From NCBI GenBank assembly GCA_965206695.1, contig CBDBKM010000010.1, forward strand, positions 515,097 through 579,096: 64,000 nucleotides of DNA, written 5' to 3'. The position numbers were made by a program, and so were the translations under genes. Below the pieces are notes generated by a model. It was not told the DNA's origin, made no database searches, and was given only the letters and a program-made list of their open reading frames with translations. This document shows, piece by piece, positions 10,928-21,018 of this stretch (position 1 is the stretch's first letter; every line of letters starts with the position of its first letter). The stretch comes from Chlamydiales bacterium. Its GTDB lineage: Bacteria; Chlamydiota; Chlamydiia; Chlamydiales; JAAZZY01.

Positions 10928-12004
10928 ATGAAAACGATTTGGTTTGTAAAAGGGATCTCACGCTACGGAGTGTTAAACCATTTTAGTGATATGCTAAAAC
11001 AAGCATTTCATACTTTAGGGTATCGAGTGGCTGATTTGAATATGAGTCTAATAGATAAAGATCGCTCATTCCAATATCCTGACTTAGCTATTGGTTTTAA
11101 TTGTATGGGTATTCAACACATTGTTAATTCTATTCCTTATTTAGGGATAAATGTGGATCATCCTTTTTTTCACCATGACAGATTAATGCAAAGGGATCAG
11201 GCTTATGTAGCCGGCATTGATCACATTCATCTAAGAGTTTTAAAAAAATATTATCCTCAGCATCAATCTTTTTTTCTTCCCCATGCGGGCTGTAACGCTA
11301 ACCAAACAAATCAAGGTCAGAAAGCAATAGAGGTATTATTTGCGGGAAGTTTTTCTCCTCTAAAGGATAGAAAAATGTTAACTAACGGGCTTCCAAAAGT
11401 ATTGGATTGGTATATACAAGATATTATTGATAAATTTCTAAATCATACTCTTGATGACATCTCAGAAAATTTTATGCAGATTATTGATACTTATCCTGAT
11501 ATCCCTCTTTATATCTATTTGATAGAAGTCGAACAATATTTACGTAATTATAGACGTAAGGAAGTTTTACAGAGCTTATCTAATGCTAATATTTTGGTAG
11601 ATATTTTTGGTGATGGATGGGATCCCTCTCTTTTTAATGGAAAGCACCGTATCCACCCTTCGAAGACTTTTTGTGATATTTTAAATCTCATGCAAAAAAG
11701 TCACATTGTTTTAAATATCATGCCAACCTTTTCTATGGGAGGGCATGAAAGAGTCTTTTCCGGGATGTTAAATAATGCGATGGTTCTAACAAATGCTAAT
11801 CGTTACTATGAAAGTATTTTTGAAGATGGAGTGGATGTGAAAATGTATCACTTTAGCCGATTAAAGCAATTACCGGAAATGATGCTGAATAAATTGGGAG
11901 AGGCAAAAGTAAAAGAAATCGCTCATAATGGGTGTGCAACAGCTACACAGGATCATACTTGGCTACATCGTGCTCAATCTCTAGTGAAGTTTTTGTGGAA
12001 TTAG
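10928..12004 (+). CDS. Glycosyltransferase (CgeB/Glyco_trans_1_2-like)
   Basis: VDHPFFH, FLPHAG, VLFAGS, DIFGDGW, SHIVLNIMP...HERVFSGML, HTWLHRA motifs. Confidence 0.75.
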   Translation: MKTIWFVKGISRYGVLNHFSDMLKQAFHTLGYRVADLNMSLIDKDRSFQYPDLAIGFNCMGIQHIVNSIPYLGINVDHPFFHHDRLMQRDQAYVAGIDHIHLRVLKKYYPQHQSFFLPHAGCNANQTNQGQKAIEVLFAGSFSPLKDRKMLTNGLPKVLDWYIQDIIDKFLNHTLDDISENFMQIIDTYPDIPLYIYLIEVEQYLRNYRRKEVLQSLSNANILVDIFGDGWDPSLFNGKHRIHPSKTFCDILNLMQKSHIVLNIMPTFSMGGHERVFSGMLNNAMVLTNANRYYESIFEDGVDVKMYHFSRLKQLPEMMLNKLGEAKVKEIAHNGCATATQDHTWLHRAQSLVKFLWN

Positions 12005-12664
12005 TTTGCCTTTTTCAAGAATAAAAATACGATCGCATGCATTGGCTAAATCGGTATCATGAGTGACAACGATTAATGTTTTCTGCTCTTCTCTTACACA
12101 ACTGAGTAAAAGTTGATGGATATCTTTTGAGGTTTGATGGTCTAAGTTTCCGGTTGGCTCGTCAGCTAGAATAAGAGAAGGGTTATTACATAAAGCTCTC
12201 GCAATACAAACGCGTTGCCTCTCACCACCGGAGAGCATTTTGGCTTGATAGTGCAAGCGAGGTCCTAGGCCCACGCGGTCAATAAGTTTTAAGGCTCTAT
12301 TATAAGCAGGGGAATTTTTTTGTATTGAACGGCGAGCAATCTGAGCAGGCATTAAAATATTGTTTAATGTGGTAAAATTTTCAAAAAGATAAAAAGATTG
12401 GAAGATAAACCCAATACTTTGATTGCGAAGTAAACAATAGTTAGATGGAACTACCTTTTTATCATCGATAATCAGAGAACCTTTGGTAGGGAATTCAAGA
12501 GTGCCAAGAATATGTAAAAGCGTACTCTTACCTTCACCGGAAGCTCCCATAATAGCTATTGTTCGGCCTTTTTCTGCATTTAAAGAAATACCTTCCAGAA
12601 TATGAAGAGGGGACGGTTCAGTAAAGGATTTATAAATATCTTTTGCTTCTAAAACTGAATGCAT
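11981..12664 (-). CDS. lolD: Lipoprotein-releasing ABC ATPase LolD
   Basis: [37 protein letters not shown]; downstream of LolC/E. Confidence 0.9.
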   Translation of the reverse strand: MHSVLEAKDIYKSFTEPSPLHILEGISLNAEKGRTIAIMGASGEGKSTLLHILGTLEFPTKGSLIIDDKKVVPSNYCLLRNQSIGFIFQSFYLFENFTTLNNILMPAQIARRSIQKNSPAYNRALKLIDRVGLGPRLHYQAKMLSGGERQRVCIARALCNNPSLILADEPTGNLDHQTSKDIHQLLLSCVREEQKTLIVVTHDTDLANACDRIFILEKGKLIPQKLH

Positions 12665-12671
12665 AGCTTTT

Positions 12672-14810
12672 TTAATTCCTTAAAATTTTGGTTGGGAACA
12701 TTCCGGAAGCTTTTATAGCCGGTATAAGACCGGCTAAAAGAGACATAGTAGCCGTAGCAATGAGTACAAAGATTAAGGCTTCTGTACTCAGCTCTTTAGG
12801 AAGAGCATCTCCAAAATAAGCCGGATTAAATGCCTGATGGCCTTGTATATGGCTTAAAAAACTGACTAAATAATCAATGTGTTTCAAAGTAAAGATGGCA
12901 GCTAATGTTCCAATACAGCTACTAATCAATCCTATTAAAACACCGCATAATCCAAAAATTGCCGCAATACTTTTAGGCGATGCTCCCATCGCTTGTAAAA
13001 TACCAATTTCTTGTTTCTTGTCATTGACCAGTAGAATAAGCATTGAGATGACATTGGTACAGGCAACTAAAATAATAATAATTGCAATGAGTGTATAAAG
13101 GGTTTTATCACTAGAAATCTGTTCGATAAAATCTTTAGTGAATTCGTATTCTCGATAGGTTTTAATTTGCCAGTAGGGAGCGATACCTCTTTCTTTAAAG
13201 GCTTCTGTTAACTGTTCTTTTAATTTATCGGCTCGCTTAAAGTTATCAAACCAAATATTAATACCATTTCCTAAAAAGGAGTCCTGAAGATGTACTGATG
13301 AACTGATTAGAGAAGTGATAGTTTTAGGAGCTAATAGTAATTTTGAACCGATAGGAATGAGTCCGGGATCATAAAAGCCGGCGATAAAAATAGGAATGCG
13401 TTGTTCCTGAGAAGATGAAGTCGTTGTCGTATAATAGGAAAGATACCCTTGATCTCCTAAAAGCACGCCATTATCTTTAAAGGTTTTGGGTAACAAAATA
13501 GCATTTCCAATAATTGAGTCAGATGGCAATAAGCTCACCCGGGTTTTATCGGTATTTTGGACATGATACAGCCAAAAGGGAGAGGATTCGGGTTCTTTTG
13601 AATAACTAGTTTGAAAAGTAGCCCTTCCAATTTCGAAATCTTGATAATAAACATTTCCTTTTAGGGGTAGGTTTTGTATGATCGAATCAATAGAAAATTG
13701 AAGGTGACCGGTATAATGCGCCTTATCAACTGAAGCGGGCATTAAAGAGGCTTCTAATAAAGCATTAGCTTCTAATACTAATGGGAGACGGTCCGAGATT
13801 TCATAATGGTTTCCTTTCTTGTCATCAAAAGAAATTTGATTTTGATCGAAGTGTAATATCCCTTCTAAAGATTTAAGGCCCTGCATCTCAAATCCCTTTA
13901 TTAGATTTGATAAATGCTTGGTCTCTTTTGGTATCACAAAGCGAGTGATGACATCATCAGTTAAAACGATACAGGCTTTTAAAGAACCTACCTCAGGAAG
14001 TAAGTTACGACTCATCTTATAACCATAAGGACCTGTTTTCAAATGGGTAATGGTTACATGATCATTAAAACTTTTTATGCGCTTTTGAAATGCTGACTGA
14101 GGAATCGGCGGATTGAGTTTCGGCCGGTCAGCTTGCGAGGAAGTAGATGAGAGAGATAACATAGAAAAAATATTACTCAGATCTCGCATATCAGGATCAA
14201 TAAAGGTTTTTTGAAGCTGTTTGTTGCCGGGATCAAATGAAGCTACATAAGAGATTTGAGTAAGAAAATTTTGCATATCAGCTTCTTGACCTAATCCTGA
14301 TCCCTGACTAGAACGCAGAAGACGTATTCTGGCATTACTGATTGTTACTTCGAAATCAGTTGCTGCCAGGTTTTTATAACCTTTAATTGAGTTGATTGAA
14401 TCAAAGGCTTCTTTAACAAGATTTTTTAATGCTCCATCTGATGTTGTAACGCTTTGAGACCAGGAGCTGAGTGGTTCGATATCTATTTCGGGATTATACG
14501 GATCACTAATAGGGCTATTTAATTTTTCACCAATTGTTTTATGGGTATAATCAGAATTTGTTGAGATACTATCGATCTGATAGTAATAGGATTGATAATA
14601 GGAATCAGTGGGTGTAATTTGAACAGGAGCAGTTAATGCAATGAGTTTTTCGGTCCATTTTTTTTCCATCCCATCGGTTACCGATAAAAACACTAAAACA
14701 AGCCATACAACTAAAGCAATTACGAATACGGAAATGAATGCAATAATCGAAACGGATAATTGTCGTCTTTTGGGGATGAGGTATTTTCGGATCAATGAAA
14801 ATTCAAACAT
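12672..14810 (-). CDS. Lipoprotein-releasing ABC permease LolC/E (long chlamydial type)
   Basis: N-terminal TM, large periplasmic domain, KKQEIGILQAMGA FtsX-type motif; start at MFEFSLIRKYL. Confidence 0.85.
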   Translation of the reverse strand: MFEFSLIRKYLIPKRRQLSVSIIAFISVFVIALVVWLVLVFLSVTDGMEKKWTEKLIALTAPVQITPTDSYYQSYYYQIDSISTNSDYTHKTIGEKLNSPISDPYNPEIDIEPLSSWSQSVTTSDGALKNLVKEAFDSINSIKGYKNLAATDFEVTISNARIRLLRSSQGSGLGQEADMQNFLTQISYVASFDPGNKQLQKTFIDPDMRDLSNIFSMLSLSSTSSQADRPKLNPPIPQSAFQKRIKSFNDHVTITHLKTGPYGYKMSRNLLPEVGSLKACIVLTDDVITRFVIPKETKHLSNLIKGFEMQGLKSLEGILHFDQNQISFDDKKGNHYEISDRLPLVLEANALLEASLMPASVDKAHYTGHLQFSIDSIIQNLPLKGNVYYQDFEIGRATFQTSYSKEPESSPFWLYHVQNTDKTRVSLLPSDSIIGNAILLPKTFKDNGVLLGDQGYLSYYTTTTSSSQEQRIPIFIAGFYDPGLIPIGSKLLLAPKTITSLISSSVHLQDSFLGNGINIWFDNFKRADKLKEQLTEAFKERGIAPYWQIKTYREYEFTKDFIEQISSDKTLYTLIAIIIILVACTNVISMLILLVNDKKQEIGILQAMGASPKSIAAIFGLCGVLIGLISSCIGTLAAIFTLKHIDYLVSFLSHIQGHQAFNPAYFGDALPKELSTEALIFVLIATATMSLLAGLIPAIKASGMFPTKILRN

Positions 14811-14843
14811 ATTGAAGTAGCTTTTTTTTATCGTGAACAAATT

Positions 14844-14872
14844 AAAAACGCCTTTTAAAAAAGGCGTTTTTT
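14844..14872. terminator. Intrinsic terminator downstream of rpmG
   Basis: AAAAACGCCTTTT-AA-AAAAGGCGTTTTTT hairpin with A/T tails. Confidence 0.7.
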
Positions 14873-14912
14873 CTAGTCTGTAGAACTTGTTGTATCGTAG
14901 GTTGAAAATTAC

Positions 14913-15068
14913 TTACTTAGTCTCTTTAAAATTGACATGTCTGCGCAACTTTTTATCGTATTTTTTTAAGACGATACGTTCAGTTTGCTGCTTCTTGTTT
15001 TTTGTAGTATAATAGTATTCAGTACTTTCTTCACTTTTTAACTTTATGATTTCTCTTCCACTTGCCAT
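14913..15068 (-). CDS. rpmG: 50S ribosomal protein L33
   Basis: Manual translation MASGREIIKLKSEESTEYYYTTKNKKQQTERIVLKKYDKKLRRHVNFKETK (51 aa, below the ORF-track cutoff). Confidence 0.95.
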   Translation of the reverse strand: MASGREIIKLKSEESTEYYYTTKNKKQQTERIVLKKYDKKLRRHVNFKETK

Positions 15069-15156
15069 TGTTTCTTTCTCTTATTTTTAAGAATGCAACT
15101 ATTATAATGATAAAGAACATAAAGCTCAAATCAAAATAAATAGCAGTAAATTAAAT

Positions 15157-16176
15157 TTAAAATGTTATTCGGGTCATTGCCTTAAGTGATAAATCATCCG
15201 ATGCCTTAAATTTTATAAACTGCTGATACGCAAGACCTGCAATCATAGCGGCATTATCACAACTAAGCATTGAGGGCGGCCAAATAGTAGGCAGATCAGG
15301 AGTTACTTCTTCAAACATCTTTCGTAATGTTAGATTGGCACAAACACCACCGCCTAAGATGATAGCATGGTAATCCATGCGATCAGCTGCTATTAGGGTT
15401 TTATTTACGATATCTGAAAAAGCGGCACGCTGAAAAGAAGCAGCAATATGTTTTTTCTCTTCTTCAGGAATAGCTACAGGTGCGTGTTTGTTGCTATTCT
15501 GTCCTTTAACAGCATATAAGACATTGGTTTTTAAACCACTGAAAGAGAAATGAAGAGGGTTTTGTTTGACCTGACCCGCATTAAAAGCATATTTATAAGG
15601 ATCGCCTTCTTTTGCTAACTGCTCTATTAGCGGTCCTCCCGGATAGGAAAAACCTAATATTGTAGCAACTTTATCAAAAGCTTCACCTATTGCATCATCT
15701 ACAGTTGTTCCTAAAAGTTTATATTCACCAATGCCGGAAATATGAACCAAAGCAGTATGTCCACCGGATAAAATAACACCTAATGCAGGGAAACGAATGG
15801 ATTTAAGCTGTCCCATCATAGCGGCATACAAATGAGCCTCAATATGATTAACGCCTATAAATAGTTTATTGAGAGCAAAACTTAAAGCTTTGGCCGCATT
15901 CAGACCAATTAATAGAGCTCCAATTAAACCGGGACCTTTAGCTACTGCTATTATATCAATATCTTCTAAAGAAACCTGAGCTTCTTCTAAAGCTCTTTTT
16001 AAGGTCGGAAGAATGATGTCAACATGACGCCTACAAGCCAGTTCCGGAACAACGCCTCCAAAATTCTTATGAATATCCGTTTGAGATGATATCACATTTG
16101 ATAGAATTTCATGGCCATCGCGCACGACTGAGCATGCTGTTTCATCACAAGTGCTTTCAAATCCTAATACCAACAT
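15157..16176 (-). CDS. tsaD: tRNA threonylcarbamoyltransferase TsaD
   Basis: LGFESTCDETA, GGVVPELACRRH, VNHIEAH, SGGHT, DDAIGEAFDK, DNAAMIA. Confidence 0.95.
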   Translation of the reverse strand: MLVLGFESTCDETACSVVRDGHEILSNVISSQTDIHKNFGGVVPELACRRHVDIILPTLKRALEEAQVSLEDIDIIAVAKGPGLIGALLIGLNAAKALSFALNKLFIGVNHIEAHLYAAMMGQLKSIRFPALGVILSGGHTALVHISGIGEYKLLGTTVDDAIGEAFDKVATILGFSYPGGPLIEQLAKEGDPYKYAFNAGQVKQNPLHFSFSGLKTNVLYAVKGQNSNKHAPVAIPEEEKKHIAASFQRAAFSDIVNKTLIAADRMDYHAIILGGGVCANLTLRKMFEEVTPDLPTIWPPSMLSCDNAAMIAGLAYQQFIKFKASDDLSLKAMTRITF

Positions 16177-16177
16177 A

Positions 16178-16933
16178 TTATTTCCACCCTTCAGCGGCAT
16201 CTTTATCTAAAATCCAAAGAGCCTTATTGGATAGTGTTCCTACCCTTTGGGATGGAAAGTTATCGGGTTGATAATCGGATTTTAAAACTTTTTGAATCGT
16301 CTTTTTTTTCCCGGGACCCAAGACGAAGAGGGCTATGTTGTTCGCTTGATTGATGCAATCATAAGTAAAGGACATTCGCCAGGTATTTTTTTGAGTAACA
16401 AAATTTTCAATGACTAAACGATTCTTTACATGTAAGGCGTCGGTATGAGGAAATAGAGAAGCCGTGTGCCCGTCATCACCCATTCCTAAAGTTACAAGAT
16501 CGAATATACTATTAGGAACTGTTTTTTTAATAAGATTTTCGTATGCCAGGGCATTTTCTTTGATCTCATATTCAGCGTGCATACGATGTATTTGTTTAGT
16601 CGGAATAGGCAATGATCCAAATGCCGACTGCATTGCCATTCGGAAATTACTATCGGAACTGTTAGGAGGGACACTTCTTTCATCACTCCAAAATAGAAAG
16701 ACTTTAGTCCAATCTATCAACCTAGCTCTTTTAGGATCGGCTAGTCTTTCAAAAATACGCTTTGGTGTGCTGCCGCCTGATAGAGCTACAAAAAAGGCAC
16801 CTTTTGCTTCAATGGCCTTATTTGCTAATCGGATGAAATAATTGACACAAAATTCAAGAGTTGCCTCATGGTTACCGGGGATACAGATATCTCTACGATC
16901 ATCGAAAAAAATAATCTTTTTTTTAAAATCCAT
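16178..16933 (-). CDS. pgl: 6-phosphogluconolactonase
   Basis: ALSGGSTP, FWSDERSVP, LGMGDDGHTASLFP. Confidence 0.95.
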   Translation of the reverse strand: MDFKKKIIFFDDRRDICIPGNHEATLEFCVNYFIRLANKAIEAKGAFFVALSGGSTPKRIFERLADPKRARLIDWTKVFLFWSDERSVPPNSSDSNFRMAMQSAFGSLPIPTKQIHRMHAEYEIKENALAYENLIKKTVPNSIFDLVTLGMGDDGHTASLFPHTDALHVKNRLVIENFVTQKNTWRMSFTYDCINQANNIALFVLGPGKKKTIQKVLKSDYQPDNFPSQRVGTLSNKALWILDKDAAEGWK

Positions 16934-17095
16934 TACAATGCACCATTAAATTGAGAGAGAATTTGTAACATACGACAATAATGCATACCGGTCTCTTTAT
17001 AACAGATTTCACGTGCAAAAGTATATTCCTATTTTGAGTAAGTCATATAAAAAGCATAAGGAGCCTTATCTTTATTTGGAGAAAATATTTTAACA

Positions 17096-17293
17096 TTTAT
17101 GACAATTAAACGAGAAACCCCACCTTTTTAAGGGTGGGATGAAAGTGTCTATTTGTTTTTTTGATTCCGTATATACTTTCTGATTGTATATTCATTTAAT
17201 TTTCCAACACTATCAACATAATAAGACCGTGTCCACAGTGTGGGTAACCCGGATCTTAAGCTTGAAAATTCTTGCCTTAATATTCGGCTTGTA
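17096..17293 (-). mobile_element. tnpA: IS200/IS605 end hairpin with TnpA (Y1) C-terminal fragment
   Basis: Minus strand YTSRILRQEFSSLRSGLPTLWTRSYYVDSVGKLNEYTIRKYIRNQKNK*; hairpin CCCACC-TTTTTAAG-GGTGGG; cut by IS630. Confidence 0.85.
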
Positions 17294-18230
17294 TAGTATT
17301 TTAATTTTTATTTGATAATATGTTATCCTTCTTTTTTTATACAAACAGTAAGGACAAAACAATGCCTAGAGCCTATTCAGTAGATCTTCGAGAGAAAGTA
17401 TGACAACATATAGAAAAACATCATGATAAAAAAACAGCCGGCCATATTTTTCAAGTAGGTATCGCAACAATATATCGATGGATCTTGCAAAAAAAGCAAA
17501 AAGGACATTTAAAGCCAATCCGCAGAAAATATGCTTATAAGAAATTAGATGATGAGTTGTTATCTAAATATGTAGAAAAACATCCGGATTATTTTTTATC
17601 GGAAATTGCTCATTATTTTTCAGTCACTCCGCAAACGATTTTTTATGCCCTTAAAAGATTAAAAATTACACGAAAAAAAAAACTACTCGCTATAAGGAAA
17701 GAGATGAAAAGAAACGGGAAGCTTTTATGAAAGATTTAAAAAATATTCCCTTTGACAAGAGAATTTATCTCGATGAAACCGGGATTCATCAATTTTTATT
17801 TCGTGAGTCCGGAAGAAGCTTACGCGGCAAAAAAGTTTTTGGAGCGGTTTCAGGAAACCGCTTTATAAGGCAAAATATTATTTCAGCCCTATCTAAAGGG
17901 CAGTTTTTATCTCCAATGTGTTTTGAAGGTACTTGTAATACCGGGTTATTCAATATTTGGCTTAAGGAAGTTTTGACTCCTCAGCTTACACCCGGTAGTG
18001 TTCTTATTCTTGACAATGCCGGTTTTCACAAGTCAGCGGAAAGCAGGAAAACAGTAGAATCTGCCGGTTGTAAGCTTATGTTTCTTCCTCCATATTCTCC
18101 GGACTTAAATCCTATAGAAAAATATTGGGCTAATATGAAAAATAAAGTTAGAGAGATATTACGAAAAGTTACGAATTTTACATTCGCCATTGATCAAGCA
18201 ATCTTATCAATATAAAATTAAATGACTATA
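17292..18230 (+). mobile_element. IS630-family element, copy 1 (orfA with premature TGA)
   Basis: TA-flanked ends TATAGTATTTTAATTTT / AAAATTAAATGACTATA; orfA MPRAYSVDLREKV* ; orfB DETG, LDNAGFH, LPPYSPDLNPIE. Confidence 0.95.
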
Positions 18231-18333
18231 TACAAAATATATTAACACGAATACGAAACAACACTTTAATCGAGACACTCTCATCCCAATGTTAAAAAAA
18301 AGGATTGTCTCGCTTAATTGTCATAAAATACTT

Positions 18334-19497
18334 TTACTTTAAGCTGTTTCGAAAATGGATAGGCAATCTTTTGCAACTACCATCCGCTTCGGATTGATAA
18401 AATATTTTCTCATTCAATAGACTATTTAAAAACCAAGGGGGTTTACCTTCTTCTAAAAGATATGTTCTTTTAACCTCATCAGAATTTGAAACAATATGTT
18501 CAGTAATAGATGATCTATTATTACTTTTAAAGGTTTCTTGAAAAGAAAACTCTAAAACTTTCTTATAACTTTCGCCTTCTTTGGTCTTTCCTTCACAGTT
18601 TATCAAATTATTATCAGAAAGATCACAGTTAACTGCAACGAATCGAGGGAGACATGTTGGGCTATCATAATGATTACCTGTCTCATAAATAAGTGTTTGT
18701 GGATTTCTCTTAGAGAAGGATACGGAACTGTGAGAACGACCATAGCTTCTTCTCGTACAAGGCTCAAAGACGTGATAGTGATATTCACCTGTGGTACTAC
18801 GAGGATTACATCCCTCCTTTTCTGACGTAGGTTTAGAGGCCCAACCATTGTTCGTACATGATTGTAATAGGTCCATACGAGGTTCATCTTTATTCATTTC
18901 AGCTCGTATGCTTTGTAAAATTTTGGATTTAGAATATTGAGAGGTTTGTGAAATAAAATCACAAGATCTCTTATATCCGTCTAAAGGTATTTTCGAAATA
19001 TCTAATGTAGGTATATCAGAATATTCAGGTGTCAACATATAAGAAATTGAATGGTACCCACCATAAGCAATTAATGCAGCCGTAGCAATAGCACTTATTC
19101 CATAGGCAACTTTTTTCCAAGTTGGAATACCTTCATCTTTTGTTGATCTCGCAGGACTTACGGGTAAGGAATTAAAAGGTGTTATAGTCTCTTTTTTATT
19201 GTGTAGTAGGTCGTTATCTTTCAAATATTTATTTGAAATATAAATCGTTTTATTTTTTACATATACCGAATCCCCGCCCTGTTTAAAAACATGCCGACCC
19301 GGCGACCGGAGGGCCGACGGAACAGCTAATGTGGTTGGTACATAATCAGATGGAATAGAAAACAGGTTATCAATAAAAAATAATGGTACTTTAAGTCTTC
19401 CGTTTTCTATATTTTTTGTTTCTTGAAAGGTGTTGTCACGAACATTATCAGCAAAACTCAGATCTATTGGTTTATTATCTAAAGAATAAATTGTCAT
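18334..19497 (-). CDS. Hypothetical single-pass membrane protein with Cys-containing C-terminal region
   Basis: 387-aa ORF; one TM (VAYGISAIATAALIAYGGY); several Cys downstream. Confidence 0.6.
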   Translation of the reverse strand: MTIYSLDNKPIDLSFADNVRDNTFQETKNIENGRLKVPLFFIDNLFSIPSDYVPTTLAVPSALRSPGRHVFKQGGDSVYVKNKTIYISNKYLKDNDLLHNKKETITPFNSLPVSPARSTKDEGIPTWKKVAYGISAIATAALIAYGGYHSISYMLTPEYSDIPTLDISKIPLDGYKRSCDFISQTSQYSKSKILQSIRAEMNKDEPRMDLLQSCTNNGWASKPTSEKEGCNPRSTTGEYHYHVFEPCTRRSYGRSHSSVSFSKRNPQTLIYETGNHYDSPTCLPRFVAVNCDLSDNNLINCEGKTKEGESYKKVLEFSFQETFKSNNRSSITEHIVSNSDEVKRTYLLEEGKPPWFLNSLLNEKIFYQSEADGSCKRLPIHFRNSLK

Positions 19498-19553
19498 AAT
19501 ATCACTATATATTGAAGTTTAATCTAAAAGCAATTATAATAAAAAACAACAAT

Positions 19554-20652
19554 CGCCCTTTCAACATCGAAGTGCAACAAACCGCTACAAATTAAACTTG
19601 TCTGAAGGTGGTAAAAAATCTCCTATGGTAAACGTAAGAAAACCAAGGAGGAAAGATGCCAAACGGCTACCGTCACTTAAACAAAGACAAGAGATGCCAA
19701 TTGTATACCTTAATAAGAAGAGGAGATCCTATCACCTTAATTTCCAATGAGTTAAACGTAAATCGATCGACTGTTTATCGCGAGCTAAAACGAAATTGTG
19801 GAAAGCGTGGATATCGGTATCAACAGGCTCAAGAGAAGGCTTTAAAGAGACGAGGCTCAAAAACTCAACAACGAAAGATGAGCAGTGTAATGATTGCCAT
19901 TATCGAAGAGAAGTTAAGCGTGCAGTGGAGCCCCGATCAAATATCGGGATGGCTGAAGAAGAAAGGGTATCAAGAAGCTGTAAGCCATGAGACAATCTAT
20001 AACTATGTTTGGGAGGACAAAAAAAGAGGAGGCTTGTTGTATAAACACCTTAGACATAGTGGGAAGAAATATAACAAGCGAGGTAAAAATAGGGCCGGAC
20101 GAGGATGTATTCCCGGACGGACAGATATTTCTGAAAGGCCTGATATCGTAGAGAAGAAAACTCGTTTAGGCAATTGGGAACTAGATACAATCATAGGAAC
20201 AGAAGAGAGCGGAGTCATTGTCTCAATGGTCGAAAGAGTCTCAAAGCTAACAAAACCGGAAAAAGTCTCGCGTAAAACCGCTGAGGAAGTAAAGGATGCG
20301 CTAGTAAACAGGTTAAGACCGGTCCAAAAATTTGTCATGACATTAACTGCTGACAACGGGAAAGAATTTACTTACCATAAACAAGTGAGCCAATTACTTG
20401 AGACAAGTTTTTACTTTGCTACCCCCCATCATTCGTGGGAGAGAGGGCTGAACGAGCATACGAATGGACTCGTTCGACAATATCTCCCTAAAAATAAACG
20501 GTTTGATGAAGTCTCAGCAGGTAATTTAAAAAAGATTGAGAACTTGCTTAACAATAGACCCCGAAAAGTGTTAAACTTTTCAACACCGGAGGAGGTGTTT
20601 AACCGTCTCAGTAAGGAAGCAGCGAGTGTTGCACTTCGATGTTGAAAGGGCG
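19554..20652 (+). mobile_element. IS30-family element, copy 2 (transposase 19656-20645)
   Basis: Near-identical to copy 1, 1099 bp; flanked by 3-bp duplication AAT (19551-19553 / 20653-20655). Confidence 0.95.
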
Positions 20653-21018
20653 AATTAATTAAAGTAAAAAAATCGTCAATTATCTAAATGAAGAAATTTA
20701 TAAATAATTTTATTGTTTTTTAAGTTAAATAAAGAATATACTTTATCATTTTAGAGGCTTGTAGAACAATTGAATGATACATTTCAAGTGCCGGAACTCA
20801 ATTCTGTCCGGTTTCCAATGTGATAAGTATAGACTCTTTTGATGATAGATTTATAATTTAAGTTTGGAAAAAATAGCAGAGAGTGAAATGTCAGATCAAG
20901 AAAAATTCAAGGGAAATAGATTGTAAATATTAGATTAGCATAATTTTGCTTTCTTAAAAAAAATGAAATCATTACTGTTTTTTTGAATTTATATTAACAT
21001 TTAAATGAGAAAAAAACC

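Noticed and set aside
17401..17403. TGA recoding (alternative genetic code or selenocysteine)
   Set aside because: The TGA replaces a Leu TTA found in sister copies, and TGA is used as a normal stop in menE-region and IS30 genes.
8019..20652. Composite transposon formed by two inverted IS30 copies
   Set aside because: Copy 2 has its own AAT duplication (independent insertion), and the enclosed DNA is core housekeeping genes.
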